A DNA stretch of 64,000 bases from Oxalobacteraceae bacterium. GTDB lineage: Bacteria > Pseudomonadota > Gammaproteobacteria > Burkholderiales > Burkholderiaceae_D. The position numbers and the translations under genes are program-made. Numbering within the stretch: position 1 is the first letter of the stretch; every line of letters begins with the position of its first letter. Below the pieces are notes generated by a model that worked only from the letters and a program-made list of their open reading frames with translations, ran no database searches and had not been told where the DNA came from. The DNA is taken from the NCBI GenBank assembly GCA_010024875.1, contig RGFZ01000010.1, positions 4,728 to 68,727 of the forward strand, in the 5' to 3' direction. Shown here piece by piece: positions 1 through 10,154 of this stretch.

Positions 1-1
1 G

Positions 2-979
2 CTGGATTTCCGCAAGCCGGAAGGTGTCGAGCTATTTAAGAAGCTGGTCGCCGAGAGCGATATCGTGCTTGAAAACTTCCGTCCCGGTACGCTGGAAAAA
101 TGGGGCATCGGCTATGAAGCACTGAAAGCCGTGAACCCCAAGCTGATCATGCTGCGCATCAGCGCTTATGGTCAGACCGGTCCGAAACGTCACGAACCAG
201 GCTTTGCGCGTATCGCGCACGCTTTCGGCGGGCTCTCCTATTTGTCTGGCGAACCCGATGGTCAGCCAGTGGTACCGGGATCAACGTCAGTGGCAGACTA
301 TGCATCCGGGATGTGGGGCGCGATCGGCGTGCTCGCCGCGCTACGCGCGCGTGATCGCCAAGGTATCGGCCAGTTCATCGATCTCGGCCTGTATGAATCC
401 GTGTTCCGCTTGCTGGATGAGATGGTGCCTGCATATGCAAAGTTCGGCTACGTGCGCGAGCGCATGGGCGCCGATACGCATGCCGCTGTCCCGCACAGCC
501 ACTATCAGACCGGTAGCGGTGAGTGGGTGGCGCTGGCCTGCACCAGCGACAAGATGTGGGAACGCTTTGCGCGGCTGATGGGAAAGCCCGAGCTTGCAGA
601 GAAGTATCCGACCAGCGCGACACGTGTAGAAAATCGTCACACAGTGAATGGCATCGTTGCCGACTGGGTGGGCAGCATGCCACTGACCCAAGTGCTTGAA
701 GAGACCAGCAAAGGCGAAGTGCCCTGCGCGCAGATCTATTCGGTCAAGGACATCTTCAGTGATGCGCAGTTCGCGGCGCGCGGCAACATGATGACTGTGA
801 ACGATGAGCGCGTCGGTGAGCTGGTATTGCCATCGCCTGTGCTAAAACTGTCCGAGACGCCGACCGTATTCAGGCATGCCGGCCGCGCGCTCGGTGCAGA
901 CAACGAATCCATATACCGCGAGCTGCTGGGCCTGAGCCCGGAGCAGGTACGCTCCTTCGCCGAAGCTGGCGTGATCTGA
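2..979 (+). CDS. CoA-transferase family III (CaiB/BaiF), 5'-truncated by window edge
   Basis: Frame is open from nt 2 (LDFRKPEG...ENFRPGTLEKWG); ISAYGQTGP, SVADYASG (catalytic Asp region) and LGADN C-terminal motifs. Confidence 0.93.
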   Translation: MDFRKPEGVELFKKLVAESDIVLENFRPGTLEKWGIGYEALKAVNPKLIMLRISAYGQTGPKRHEPGFARIAHAFGGLSYLSGEPDGQPVVPGSTSVADYASGMWGAIGVLAALRARDRQGIGQFIDLGLYESVFRLLDEMVPAYAKFGYVRERMGADTHAAVPHSHYQTGSGEWVALACTSDKMWERFARLMGKPELAEKYPTSATRVENRHTVNGIVADWVGSMPLTQVLEETSKGEVPCAQIYSVKDIFSDAQFAARGNMMTVNDERVGELVLPSPVLKLSETPTVFRHAGRALGADNESIYRELLGLSPEQVRSFAEAGVI

Positions 980-1003
980 TCACCTGAGAACACCGAGGCC
1001 GAC

Positions 1004-2218
1004 ATGAAAACACAATTAAAAATACTCGCAGCGGCCACTGTCAGTTCCCTTGCGCTAGGGTGGGGTGTGACGGCGACTGCACAGGTATCAGACGATGTCG
1101 TGAAGATTGGCTTCATCACCGATATCAGTGGTCCTTATTCGGATACTGATGGCACGGGTGGCGTGGAAGCCGTGAAAATGGCGATCGAAGATTTTGGCGG
1201 CAAAGTGAATGGCAAGAAGATCGAGTTCATCTATGCCGATCATCTGAACAAGGCTGATATCGCGGCGAGCAAGGCGCGCGAGTGGTTCGATGCTCAAGAC
1301 GTGGACATGATCCTTGGCGGCGCAAACTCAGGCGCGGCACTAGCCACTGCAAAGGTTGCCGTCGACAAGAAAAAAACCTACATCAATGTCGGTGCCGGAA
1401 CGGCACGCCTGACAAACGAAGAATGCAATCCCTACACCATCCATTACTCTTATGACACAGTAGCACTTGCCAAGGGGACCGGCGGCGCGGTATCGCGACA
1501 GGGTGGCAAGAGCTGGTATTTCATCACCGCCGACTACGCTTTCGGTACCTCCCTGGAAGGCGACACGACACGCATCGTCAAGGCGAATGGCGGCACGGTG
1601 CTCGGCTCGTCAAAGCACCCGGTCGGCGCATCGGACTTTTCTTCTTTCATGCTGCAAGCGCAGGCATCGAAGGCACAGATACTCGGGCTGGCGAACGCAG
1701 GCGATGATCTGGTGAATTCCATCAAGACGGCGAACGAGTTTGGCGTCAAAAAATCCATGAAAATCGCTGCCCTGCTGATGTACCTCAGCGATGTGCATGC
1801 CCTGGGCCTGCAACAGACCCAGGGCATGCTTCTTACCGATGCCTGGTACTGGGATACGAACGACCAAACGCGCGCCTGGGCCAAGCGTTATTTCGAGCGT
1901 GTGAAAAAAATGCCAAATAGCGGCCACGCCGGCGATTACTCTGCTGTCACGACCTACCTGAAAGCTGTGAAAGCGACGGGGACAGACAATCCTGAAAAAG
2001 TGATCGCCTGGATCAAGGCCAACAAGATTAATGACGTGTTCGCACAAAACGGTTACGTGCGCCCCGATGGCCGCATGGTACATGACATGCATCTCGTGCA
2101 GGTGAAGACACCTGCGGAGTCGAAACAGCCCTGGGATTATTTCAAGCTGATCGAGAAAATCCCTGGCGAGCAGGCATTTACAACGAAAGAAGAGAGCAAG
2201 TGCCCTAACTGGAAATAA
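1004..2218 (+). CDS. ABC transporter substrate-binding protein, branched-chain amino acid (PBP1/Liv) type; no adjacent permease
   Basis: Signal peptide; VKIGFITDISGPYSD, ADHLNKADIA, YFITADYAFG, GYVRPDGRMVHDM motifs. Confidence 0.9.
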   Translation: MKTQLKILAAATVSSLALGWGVTATAQVSDDVVKIGFITDISGPYSDTDGTGGVEAVKMAIEDFGGKVNGKKIEFIYADHLNKADIAASKAREWFDAQDVDMILGGANSGAALATAKVAVDKKKTYINVGAGTARLTNEECNPYTIHYSYDTVALAKGTGGAVSRQGGKSWYFITADYAFGTSLEGDTTRIVKANGGTVLGSSKHPVGASDFSSFMLQAQASKAQILGLANAGDDLVNSIKTANEFGVKKSMKIAALLMYLSDVHALGLQQTQGMLLTDAWYWDTNDQTRAWAKRYFERVKKMPNSGHAGDYSAVTTYLKAVKATGTDNPEKVIAWIKANKINDVFAQNGYVRPDGRMVHDMHLVQVKTPAESKQPWDYFKLIEKIPGEQAFTTKEESKCPNWK

Positions 2219-2333
2219 AAATAAGAGAAGCAAGTGCGCCAGCAGTAAACAACCATAAAAGAGCGCAGGGACGACAGTCTACGAAACTTGCCAATGCAGT
2301 GGGAGGAGCCGGATCCCCACCCGGTTCATTAAA

Positions 2334-2362
2334 AGGCGATCTCTGATCGCCTGTTGTTTTTT
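2334..2362 (+). terminator. Rho-independent terminator
   Basis: aggcgatc-tct-gatcgcct stem followed by gttgttttttt. Confidence 0.65.
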
Positions 2363-2403
2363 TAAAGGGTGAGAGATCCCGATGTCAGGATAAAAATCTT
2401 GTC

Positions 2404-4011
2404 ATGTCCAAGCACTACGACCTGATCATCATTGGTGCCGGCTCGGCCGGATGTGTGCTGGCGAATCGCCTGTCGGCAAAGTCTTCGCGCCGGGTGCTGC
2501 TGCTCGAGGCGGGCCCGGAAGACACGAATATCTGGACACGTGTGCCGGCAGGCGTGCCTCGCGTGGTTGCCCATCAAGCGATCAGCTGGGGCTATGTCAG
2601 CGAGCCCGAGCCAGGACTCAAGCACCGCCAGCTATTCTTGCCACGAGGACGTCTGGTCGGTGGCACCAGCTGCATCAATGGTCATGTCTACATGCGCGGC
2701 ACGCCAGAAGATTACGACGGCTGGCTGGCCGCCGGGAATCCGGGCTGGGGATGGGAGGATGTGCTGCCCCACTTCAAGCGGACGGAATCGCATCACCTCG
2801 GTGAATCGTCGCTGCACGGCAGTCGCGGTGAATTACATGTGACGCCGGTGATGGAACCCCACCCTGCGTCGCAGGCGTTCATTGAGGCCGCCATCGCCAA
2901 TGGCATGCCGTGGAATGCTGATTTCAATGGCAACACGCAAGAAGGTGTAGGCTATCTGGAGCTGATGATCAATGACGGAGTACGATCTTCCACCTCGCAG
3001 GCTTTCCTGACGCCCGTGCGCCACCGATCCAACCTTCAGGTGCAGACCCATGCGCTGGTTGAAAAAATCCTGCTGGAGGGAACGCGAGTCACCGGCGTAC
3101 GTTTCCGTGTCCATGGCCAATCGCATCAAGTACATGCGCCAGAGGTTGTGCTCTCCGCCGGCGCGATCAACTCACCGCACCTACTGATGCTCTCAGGGAT
3201 AGGCGATCCGCAGACCTTGCAACCCCATGGCCTGCGCGCGCTTCACGCTTTACCGGGCGTCGGTCAGAACCTGCAAGATCATGTCTATGCTCACTGTCTG
3301 GTGAGCGTCGACGATGCGTTCTCGCTGAACCGAAAAATCTCCAGCACATTGCGCATGATTCCAGATGTGCTGCGCTATCTGTTCACGCGACGCGGGCTGC
3401 TCAATTCGGCGGCAGCGCAAGTCGGCTTATTTACTTCCTCCCGAGTGCATGGTCCTCGCATCGACCTGCAGATACAGATGCGTCCGTTCAGCATGTTGGG
3501 CAAAGGAGGCATGTACCGCGCGGATCCGACACCAGCAGTCACTGCCTCCTGCGGACTGCTGCAGCCCTTCTCCACCGGCAGCGTGCAGCTGGCCTCTGCC
3601 GACCCGGCGGAGCGCATTCGGATCTATCCACGGCTGCTGAGTGACGAGCGCGACCTGATGCCGCTAGTGGAAGGTGTGCGCCTCATGCGTAAGCTATTCC
3701 ATAGCGAGCCCTTTGCTTCACGACTGAGAGCCGAGCTGATGCCCGGGCCCCAGTGCCAGTCGAACGAGGAACTGATCGACTATCTGCGCGAGCAGGCGCA
3801 GTCGATGTATCACCCGACCGGCACCTGCAAAATGGGCAACGATGCGATGGCGGTCGTTGACCATCGGCTGAGGGTGAGAGGCTTGAACGGACTGCGCATC
3901 GCTGACGCCTCGGTGATGCCGCGCGTCCCCTCGGGGAATACCAATGCACCGGTTATCATGATCGCCGACAAGGCGGCGGCCATGATGGAGGAAGACTGGC
4001 GCGATGCCTGA
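2404..4011 (+). CDS. GMC oxidoreductase (choline dehydrogenase-like)
   Basis: IIGAGSAGCVLANRLS FAD motif, RGRLVGGTSCING, GQNLQDH, YHPTGTCKMG, GNTNAP. Confidence 0.95.
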   Translation: MSKHYDLIIIGAGSAGCVLANRLSAKSSRRVLLLEAGPEDTNIWTRVPAGVPRVVAHQAISWGYVSEPEPGLKHRQLFLPRGRLVGGTSCINGHVYMRGTPEDYDGWLAAGNPGWGWEDVLPHFKRTESHHLGESSLHGSRGELHVTPVMEPHPASQAFIEAAIANGMPWNADFNGNTQEGVGYLELMINDGVRSSTSQAFLTPVRHRSNLQVQTHALVEKILLEGTRVTGVRFRVHGQSHQVHAPEVVLSAGAINSPHLLMLSGIGDPQTLQPHGLRALHALPGVGQNLQDHVYAHCLVSVDDAFSLNRKISSTLRMIPDVLRYLFTRRGLLNSAAAQVGLFTSSRVHGPRIDLQIQMRPFSMLGKGGMYRADPTPAVTASCGLLQPFSTGSVQLASADPAERIRIYPRLLSDERDLMPLVEGVRLMRKLFHSEPFASRLRAELMPGPQCQSNEELIDYLREQAQSMYHPTGTCKMGNDAMAVVDHRLRVRGLNGLRIADASVMPRVPSGNTNAPVIMIADKAAAMMEEDWRDA

Positions 4012-4067
4012 TGTATCAACTGATTTCGCTGTTGAACAGACCCACTGCTGAACCTTCGGAGACCGCA

Positions 4068-5459
4068 ATGAAAACCTACCAGCACTATATCGACGGACAG
4101 TATGTCGACCCCATTGGCAAGGAATGGCTGGATACCGTCAACCCCTACACCGGCAAAGCCTGGGCAAAAATACCGAAAGGCTGCGCAAAGGATGTCGATC
4201 GCGCAGTGCAGGCTGCCAAACGTGCAATGACCGACGGGCCTTACGCAAAAATGACAGCTACCGAGCGCGGCAAGATGATGCTGCGCCTCGCCGAGCTGGT
4301 GGCAAAACACGCCGAGCGTCTCGCTGAGATTGAGGTCATGGACAATGGCAAGCTGATCGCCGAGATGCGCGGCCAGATGAACTATCACCCGGAATGGTGG
4401 CGCTATTTCGGTGGACTGGCGGACAAGCTTGAAGGCTCGGTGATGCCCATCGACAAACCGGACATCTTCGCTTTCTCGCGCCATGAGCCGGTGGGTGTGG
4501 TGGCCGCACTCACCGCATGGAATTCACCCCTGCTGTTCGTTGCATGGAAGTGCGCACCCGCGATTGCTGCTGGCTGCTCGGTGGTGATCAAGCCCTCCGA
4601 ATTCACCTCAGCCTCCACGCTCGACTATGCGGCACTGACCAAAGAGGCTGGCTTCCCGGATGGCGTGTTCAATGTCGTCACCGGCTATGGCCCAGAGGCT
4701 GGCTCTGCGCTGGTCGATCATCCGGATGTTGCGAAGATCACTTTCACCGGCTCGGATGCGACGGGCGCGCGCATCTATGCGCAAGCGGCAAAGACCATGA
4801 AGCGCGTGACGCTGGAACTTGGTGGTAAATCGCCGAACATCGTGTTTGATGACTGCAATCTCGACAAGGCGGCTGCAGGCGTGATCTCGGGCATTTTTGC
4901 CGCAACCGGCCAGACCTGCATCGCCGGCTCGCGCCTGCTGGTGCAGAACTCGATCAAGGAAGCCTTCACCAAAAAAGTCGCCGAGCTGGGCGCGACCGCG
5001 CGCAAAGGTGACCCAATGGCTGCCGATACCAACATTGGCCCGGTGACCACGCCGGCGCAATATCAGAAGATTCTTGATTACATCGATATCGCGAAGAAGG
5101 AAGGTGCCACCTGGCGCATCGCCCGCGAAGAAGTGTTCGGACCCGTGCTGTCCATCATCGGTTTCGATACGGAAGAAGAGGCGATCCGTCTGGCGAATGA
5201 CTCCATCTATGGACTTGCCGCCGGTGTCTGGACCGAAAACATCGGTCGTGCAGTACGCATGTCCAAGGCACTGCGTGCCGGGACGGTCTGGGTGAATACC
5301 TATCGCGCGGTCAGTTACATGATGCCCTTTGGTGGCATGAAGCATTCTGGTATCGGTCGTGAAAGCGGCATGGAATCCGTACAGGGCTATCTAGAGACCA
5401 AGAGCACCTGGATCTCGTATGCCGAAGGTGCGCCAGCCAACCCTTTCATCATGCGCTGA
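4068..5459 (+). CDS. NAD-dependent aldehyde dehydrogenase with an apparent ~30-aa in-frame internal deletion (possibly non-functional)
   Basis: Start ATG 4068 after GGAGA; WNSP, KPSE, FTGS, LELGGKSP, GQTCIAG, EEVFGP present; EGA-T-WRIAREE lacks the usual LGG...G.FVEPT segment; 463 aa versus the ~490 aa usual for such ALDHs. Confidence 0.88.
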   Translation: MKTYQHYIDGQYVDPIGKEWLDTVNPYTGKAWAKIPKGCAKDVDRAVQAAKRAMTDGPYAKMTATERGKMMLRLAELVAKHAERLAEIEVMDNGKLIAEMRGQMNYHPEWWRYFGGLADKLEGSVMPIDKPDIFAFSRHEPVGVVAALTAWNSPLLFVAWKCAPAIAAGCSVVIKPSEFTSASTLDYAALTKEAGFPDGVFNVVTGYGPEAGSALVDHPDVAKITFTGSDATGARIYAQAAKTMKRVTLELGGKSPNIVFDDCNLDKAAAGVISGIFAATGQTCIAGSRLLVQNSIKEAFTKKVAELGATARKGDPMAADTNIGPVTTPAQYQKILDYIDIAKKEGATWRIAREEVFGPVLSIIGFDTEEEAIRLANDSIYGLAAGVWTENIGRAVRMSKALRAGTVWVNTYRAVSYMMPFGGMKHSGIGRESGMESVQGYLETKSTWISYAEGAPANPFIMR

Positions 5460-5486
5460 ATACCCTAACAAGCATCTGGAGACCCT

Positions 5487-6536
5487 ATGAAAGGCATCGT
5501 GTTCGCAGGAGATCGCAAGGTTGACATGCGCGAGTTTCCCGATCCCTCGCCGGGACCGAATGAGGTCGTGCTAGAGATTAGAGCTTCAGGCATGTGCGGC
5601 AGCGATCTGAAGGTTTATCGTGCACCGTTTGGCGAGGGGCTGAAAAACCTCGGCTATACCGAGGCCATGCATGTGATCGCCGGCCATGAGCCCTGCGGCG
5701 TGGTGGTGGCAGTCGGATCGAATGTGAATCCCAAACAGGCCTACGTCGGTCAGCGCGCGATGGTGCATCACTATCGTGGCTGCGGCGCCTGCCCGCACTG
5801 CTCGACCGGCTGGCAGCAGATGTGTGTGGAAGGTGTCGCAGAAATTTATGGCATTACCGGTCACGGCGCGCATGCGACTTATATGAAATGTCCGGCCAAC
5901 ACGATTGTTGAGTTACGTGATGAACTCTCCTTCGAAACCGGCGCAGCAATTGCCTGCGGTACCGGCACCGCTTGGGGAGCGCTGCACCGTCTGCAGATGA
6001 CGGGTGACCAGACCATCGCAGTCTTCGGTCAGGGCCCAGTCGGCTTGTCGGCCACCCAGCTCGCAGTCGCCATGGGTGCGCGCGTGATCGCCCTGGATGT
6101 CAGCGAAGAGCGTCTGGCTCGCGCCAAAGAGTTCGGTGCGGAGGCAGTCATCAACCCATCCAAAACAGATGCCGTGGCGGCAATCCGTCAGCTGACCCAT
6201 GGCCTTGGCGCGCATGCGTCGATGGATACCTCCTCCTCTCCCGACGCGCGTTTGCAGTCCGTGCAGTGCGTGCGTAGCTGGGGAAAGGCCTGCTTTGTCG
6301 GTGAAGGTGGCTCGGTCAGCATCGATGTCAGCCGCGACATGTTGCGTCGTCAGGTGACCGTGATGGGCTCATGGACTTTCTCAACCGTTGGGCAGAAAGC
6401 CTGCAATGACTTCATCGCGGATCGCAAGATTGATGTCGATGGCTTGTTCACTCACCGCTGGACGCTGGATCAAGGTGAAGAGGCTTATCGTATCTTCGAT
6501 CAGCAGAATGCCGGCAAGGGCGTATTTCTGATGTAA
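5487..6536 (+). CDS. Zn-dependent alcohol dehydrogenase (MDR superfamily)
   Basis: CGSD, GHE, structural-Zn CGACPHC...C, GQGPVG motifs. Confidence 0.93.
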   Translation: MKGIVFAGDRKVDMREFPDPSPGPNEVVLEIRASGMCGSDLKVYRAPFGEGLKNLGYTEAMHVIAGHEPCGVVVAVGSNVNPKQAYVGQRAMVHHYRGCGACPHCSTGWQQMCVEGVAEIYGITGHGAHATYMKCPANTIVELRDELSFETGAAIACGTGTAWGALHRLQMTGDQTIAVFGQGPVGLSATQLAVAMGARVIALDVSEERLARAKEFGAEAVINPSKTDAVAAIRQLTHGLGAHASMDTSSSPDARLQSVQCVRSWGKACFVGEGGSVSIDVSRDMLRRQVTVMGSWTFSTVGQKACNDFIADRKIDVDGLFTHRWTLDQGEEAYRIFDQQNAGKGVFLM

Positions 6537-6607
6537 GCAACCCGGCGGCGGGCTATGCCGCCGCGCGGTCGAGTCACTCTGGCCGCGGATTACTGGGACT
6601 TTTCCGA

Positions 6608-7651
6608 TCACCCTGGCCTATCCGCCTCGGCATGTCGGTGGCGGATTGAGGACCACAGCGACGCGAGAATGAAGGCGAGACCCAGCAATCCGGTCACCAG
6701 CTCGGGCACATGGTACTTGACGCTGGCAAACATGATGAGCGCGAGAATACCAATCGCATAATGCGCGCCATGCTCGAGATACACATACTCATCCAGCGTG
6801 CCCTGCCTCACGAGATAAACGGTCATCGAGCGAACGAACATCGCGCCTATCGCCAGCCCGAGCATGATGATCACGACATCATTGGTGATCGCGAATGCAC
6901 CGATGACGCCATCGAACGAGAATGAGGCATCTAATATCTCGAGGTACAGAAAACCGCCGATACCGCCGCTCTTTACTACGCCACCGATATCCAAATCCGT
7001 TTCGCTGTCGCGCTCCAACAGGGCACTGAGGAAGTCGACTGCTACATAGACAATCACTCCCCACATACCTGCGATCAAGACGACAAATTCCTGCTCAGGC
7101 TCTACCAGCGCAAGACTGCCAATGACCACCAGTAGCGCCACCAGCACCGGGACTGAGCCAATCTTGCCGAAGGAGGCGAGCTTGGCCTCGGCATGGCCCA
7201 GCCAGTGCAATTCCTTGGTCTCGTCCATCAGAAAATTCAGCGCCACGAGCAGCAGAAAAATACCGCCGAAAACAGCGACTTCATCATGATGGCGGCTGAG
7301 GTAGGCAGAAAACTGTTTGGGGTCTGTCAGCGCAAGATCCCAGACTTCGCCCATGCCAAGGTCTGCTGCAGCAGCCACGATCACCAGAGGGAAAATCAAT
7401 CGCATGCCGAAGACGGCAATCACGATACCGACGGTGAGGAAAATACGCTGCCAGAACTCATCCCAGTTCTTCAGCACCGAGGCATTCACCACGGCGTTGT
7501 CGAAAGAAAGTGACACCTCCATGACCCCGAGAATGAGAGCGATGCCAAACGCGGTCACTGCGCCAGGGACGCCGCCATGGGTGTAACCCCACCAGGCCGC
7601 GAGCGCTAGGCAGATGAACGATACGGCAAATGAGGTACTGAAGTGTTTCAC
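6608..7651 (-). CDS. DUF475 / TerC-like integral membrane protein
   Basis: GTG start 7651 after GGAGG; EVSLSFDNAVVNA, VFGMRL, DASFSFDGVIGAFAIT, YLEHGAHYAI motifs. Confidence 0.9.
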   Translation of the reverse strand: MKHFSTSFAVSFICLALAAWWGYTHGGVPGAVTAFGIALILGVMEVSLSFDNAVVNASVLKNWDEFWQRIFLTVGIVIAVFGMRLIFPLVIVAAAADLGMGEVWDLALTDPKQFSAYLSRHHDEVAVFGGIFLLLVALNFLMDETKELHWLGHAEAKLASFGKIGSVPVLVALLVVIGSLALVEPEQEFVVLIAGMWGVIVYVAVDFLSALLERDSETDLDIGGVVKSGGIGGFLYLEILDASFSFDGVIGAFAITNDVVIIMLGLAIGAMFVRSMTVYLVRQGTLDEYVYLEHGAHYAIGILALIMFASVKYHVPELVTGLLGLAFILASLWSSIRHRHAEADRPG

Positions 7652-7906
7652 GGCACGCCTCCAGGGATTGGCTCGAGCCCCTCTCGGGGGCGGGCTGGAA
7701 TCTATCAAAGAATACGGAGGTGTGACGCTATTCCCGTCAAACTGAAAGGTTAAGCAAGGATTAATGAAATGAGCCTCAAATTATGTTTGGCCGGCCAAAT
7801 GACGGCAAACCTTTGATTCTGCAGGGTTCTGCATCGCCCGCGATCACGAGGGGAGTGACTGGGCGCCTCCGCATGATCATACACAATAATGCCGTTTTAA
7901 TAATTT

Positions 7907-8224
7907 TTACAGTACCGGGCCCCAGGGAGCTGCCAGTAGAAGCTTGTTTTCTTGCGAGGCGACCAGTGGCCTGACTTTTTGCGCAAACGCGAGGAATTGT
8001 TCATCGGCGAACAGTCCGGCCCAGAACGCGCGACGATCGGCATCATCATCGAATTTCCAGAGATGCACGAGTTGGTGCAGCGCGCCGACATCGCCGGTGA
8101 AATAAGCGACCAGCTTTTTCGGATGACGTTCGATCGCGGGCCAGCCTTCTTTTTTGTACAAATCGACCACCTCGCCCATTTTTCCTACGATGACCTGATA
8201 AGTCCGCAGTTCGTAAATTGCCAT
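7907..8224 (-). CDS. NIPSNAP family protein
   Basis: MAIYELRTY...GDVGALHQLVHLW...R, ENKLL; ATG 8224 after GGCGAG. Confidence 0.88.
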   Translation of the reverse strand: MAIYELRTYQVIVGKMGEVVDLYKKEGWPAIERHPKKLVAYFTGDVGALHQLVHLWKFDDDADRRAFWAGLFADEQFLAFAQKVRPLVASQENKLLLAAPWGPVL

Positions 8225-8467
8225 CTCGCCTCCTTGTTTGTCGGTGCTGTGACGCCTATTGTTTTTGGCTCGGCGCGGAACGATGTTACCCGAAGCCTGC
8301 AGCAGTCCGCATGGCCTTTGCCAGCAGCGCAAGCATCGCCTGTATTACTGCCGCTCCGTAACGCAGGGTCGATCCGATACCGTTTATCATTCGGCTTTCG
8401 ACGATGCAGACCGGAGACCATCATTTCTTCCGGACCGCATCACTGGATTGAACACAGGAGAAGCAAG

Positions 8468-10087
8468 TTGGATATCACTACCGGCCGCCCGGCCACCCTC
8501 GCCCCGCGCGGCATGGTCACCTGCCCGCATTCGCTTGCATCAGAGGCTGGCGTTGATGTACTGCGTGCTGGCGGCTCGGCGATTGATGCCGCCATCGCTA
8601 CCAGTGCGGTGCTGTCGGTGATCTATCCGCACATGGTCGGTGTCGGTGGCGACGCGTTCTGGCTAATCCATGAAGCCGCCACGGGCGACGTGCATTTCTT
8701 GAACGGTGGCGGACGCGCTGCGGCATCGGCCAACATCGATTATTTCAGTAGCCGTGGCCTGACAGAGATTCCGTTTCGCGGCATCCTGCCGGCCAGCCTG
8801 ACCACACCAGGTTCGGTCGACAGCTGGTGCGAGGCGCATGCGAAATACGGCAAGCTGCCCCTGTCACGCAATCTGCAATCAGCGATCAGCTATGCACGCG
8901 AGGGCTTCCCGGTGACTGCGCGACTCGCGAGCTGGATCGCCAAAACCGAGCAGGAACTGAAATCCGAGCCGGATGCTGCAGCGATCTTCCTGAAGAATGG
9001 CATCCCCACGACGGGCTCGCTAATCCGCAACCCAGGACTGGCCAACACGCTTCAAGCAATTGGCAAAGAGGGCCGGCATGGCTTTTATGATGGCACCGTG
9101 GCTGATACCTTGGTCAACTACATTACTCAGCGCGGCGGCTTCTTCACGAAATCGGATTTGCAGGCGCAGCGTGCCGAATGGGGTAAGCCGCTGGTCGGTC
9201 AGTACCGCGATCTCACGCTCTATCAAACACCCGCCCCGACGCAAGGCTTTGCGGTCATCGAAATGCTGAACCTGCTCGAGCCGCTCGACGTGCAAAAGAC
9301 CGGCTTCCTCGGACCTGATCATGTGCACCTGCTAGTGCAGTCCAAGCAGATTGCGTATCACGACCGCGACCGCTATATCGCCGATCCTAAATTTTCGAAC
9401 ATCCCGATGGATAGGCTAATCTCCAAAGCCTATGCAGATGAGCGCCGCGCACTGATCGATCCGGCGCGTGCGCTGCCCTGGGACAGGGTGCCCTCGTACG
9501 GCAGCTTGTCGGGGGACACGGTTTACATCGCCGTCGTGGATGACGAGGGCAATGCGGTCTCGCTGATTCATAGCCTATATGGCGGCTTCGGTTCGACGGT
9601 CGTTGCAGGCGACACCGGCGTGTTACTGCAAAACCGCGGTGCGTATTTTTCGCTGGATACTTCGCATCCAAACAAACTCGAACCCGGCAAGATACCGCTT
9701 CACACATTGATCGCCTCGATGGGCAAACGCAACGGCAAGCTGTGGAGCGTGCTCGGCTGCATGGGTGCCGATGGCCAGCCGCAGATCCAGCTGCAAGCTT
9801 ATGTCGCGATGATGGATTTCGGTTGCGATATTCAGCAGGCACTAGAGACACCTCGCTGGCTGTCTGGACGCTTCGCGCTCGGCGAAAGCCGCGACACGCT
9901 GCATATCGAGGGACGCTTCCCTGCCGAGACGCTGAAGACGCTGGAACAGCGCGGTCATCTGCTAAACCGCTGGCCCGCATGGAATGAGCTGGCCGGCCAT
10001 GCACATGGCATCACCATTGATCCGTTGACCAACGTGAAATCCGGGGGGTCGGATCCACGCAGCGACGGGGCGGCAATAGGTTACTGA
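8468..10087 (+). CDS. ggt: Gamma-glutamyltransferase family (Ntn-hydrolase)
   Basis: TTG start after ACAGGAG; GGSAIDAAIA, GVGGDAFWL, GDT (autoprocessing Thr)-VYIAVVD, QNRG, P.HT, GADGQPQ, SDPRSDG. Confidence 0.92.
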   Translation: MDITTGRPATLAPRGMVTCPHSLASEAGVDVLRAGGSAIDAAIATSAVLSVIYPHMVGVGGDAFWLIHEAATGDVHFLNGGGRAAASANIDYFSSRGLTEIPFRGILPASLTTPGSVDSWCEAHAKYGKLPLSRNLQSAISYAREGFPVTARLASWIAKTEQELKSEPDAAAIFLKNGIPTTGSLIRNPGLANTLQAIGKEGRHGFYDGTVADTLVNYITQRGGFFTKSDLQAQRAEWGKPLVGQYRDLTLYQTPAPTQGFAVIEMLNLLEPLDVQKTGFLGPDHVHLLVQSKQIAYHDRDRYIADPKFSNIPMDRLISKAYADERRALIDPARALPWDRVPSYGSLSGDTVYIAVVDDEGNAVSLIHSLYGGFGSTVVAGDTGVLLQNRGAYFSLDTSHPNKLEPGKIPLHTLIASMGKRNGKLWSVLGCMGADGQPQIQLQAYVAMMDFGCDIQQALETPRWLSGRFALGESRDTLHIEGRFPAETLKTLEQRGHLLNRWPAWNELAGHAHGITIDPLTNVKSGGSDPRSDGAAIGY

Positions 10088-10154
10088 TACACTGCGCCTC
10101 GCTGCGTGGCCACTGCTACACTGCTCGGATACACCGTCCTTGCAGGAGGCTGCC

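Noticed and set aside
2186-2240. Short imperfect direct repeat (agag(a)agcaagtgc) around the SBP stop codon
   Set aside because: Only two ~14-bp copies; too short to support duplication or a mobile-element footprint.
7652-7760. yybP-ykoY (Mn2+) riboswitch before the TerC-like gene
   Set aside because: Only a GGGAATAGC resemblance; the second conserved element and four-way junction could not be found.
7952-8467. N-terminal 172-aa extension of the GGT ORF in the track
   Set aside because: Overlaps the NIPSNAP gene on the other strand; family similarity and an RBS begin at TTG 8468.
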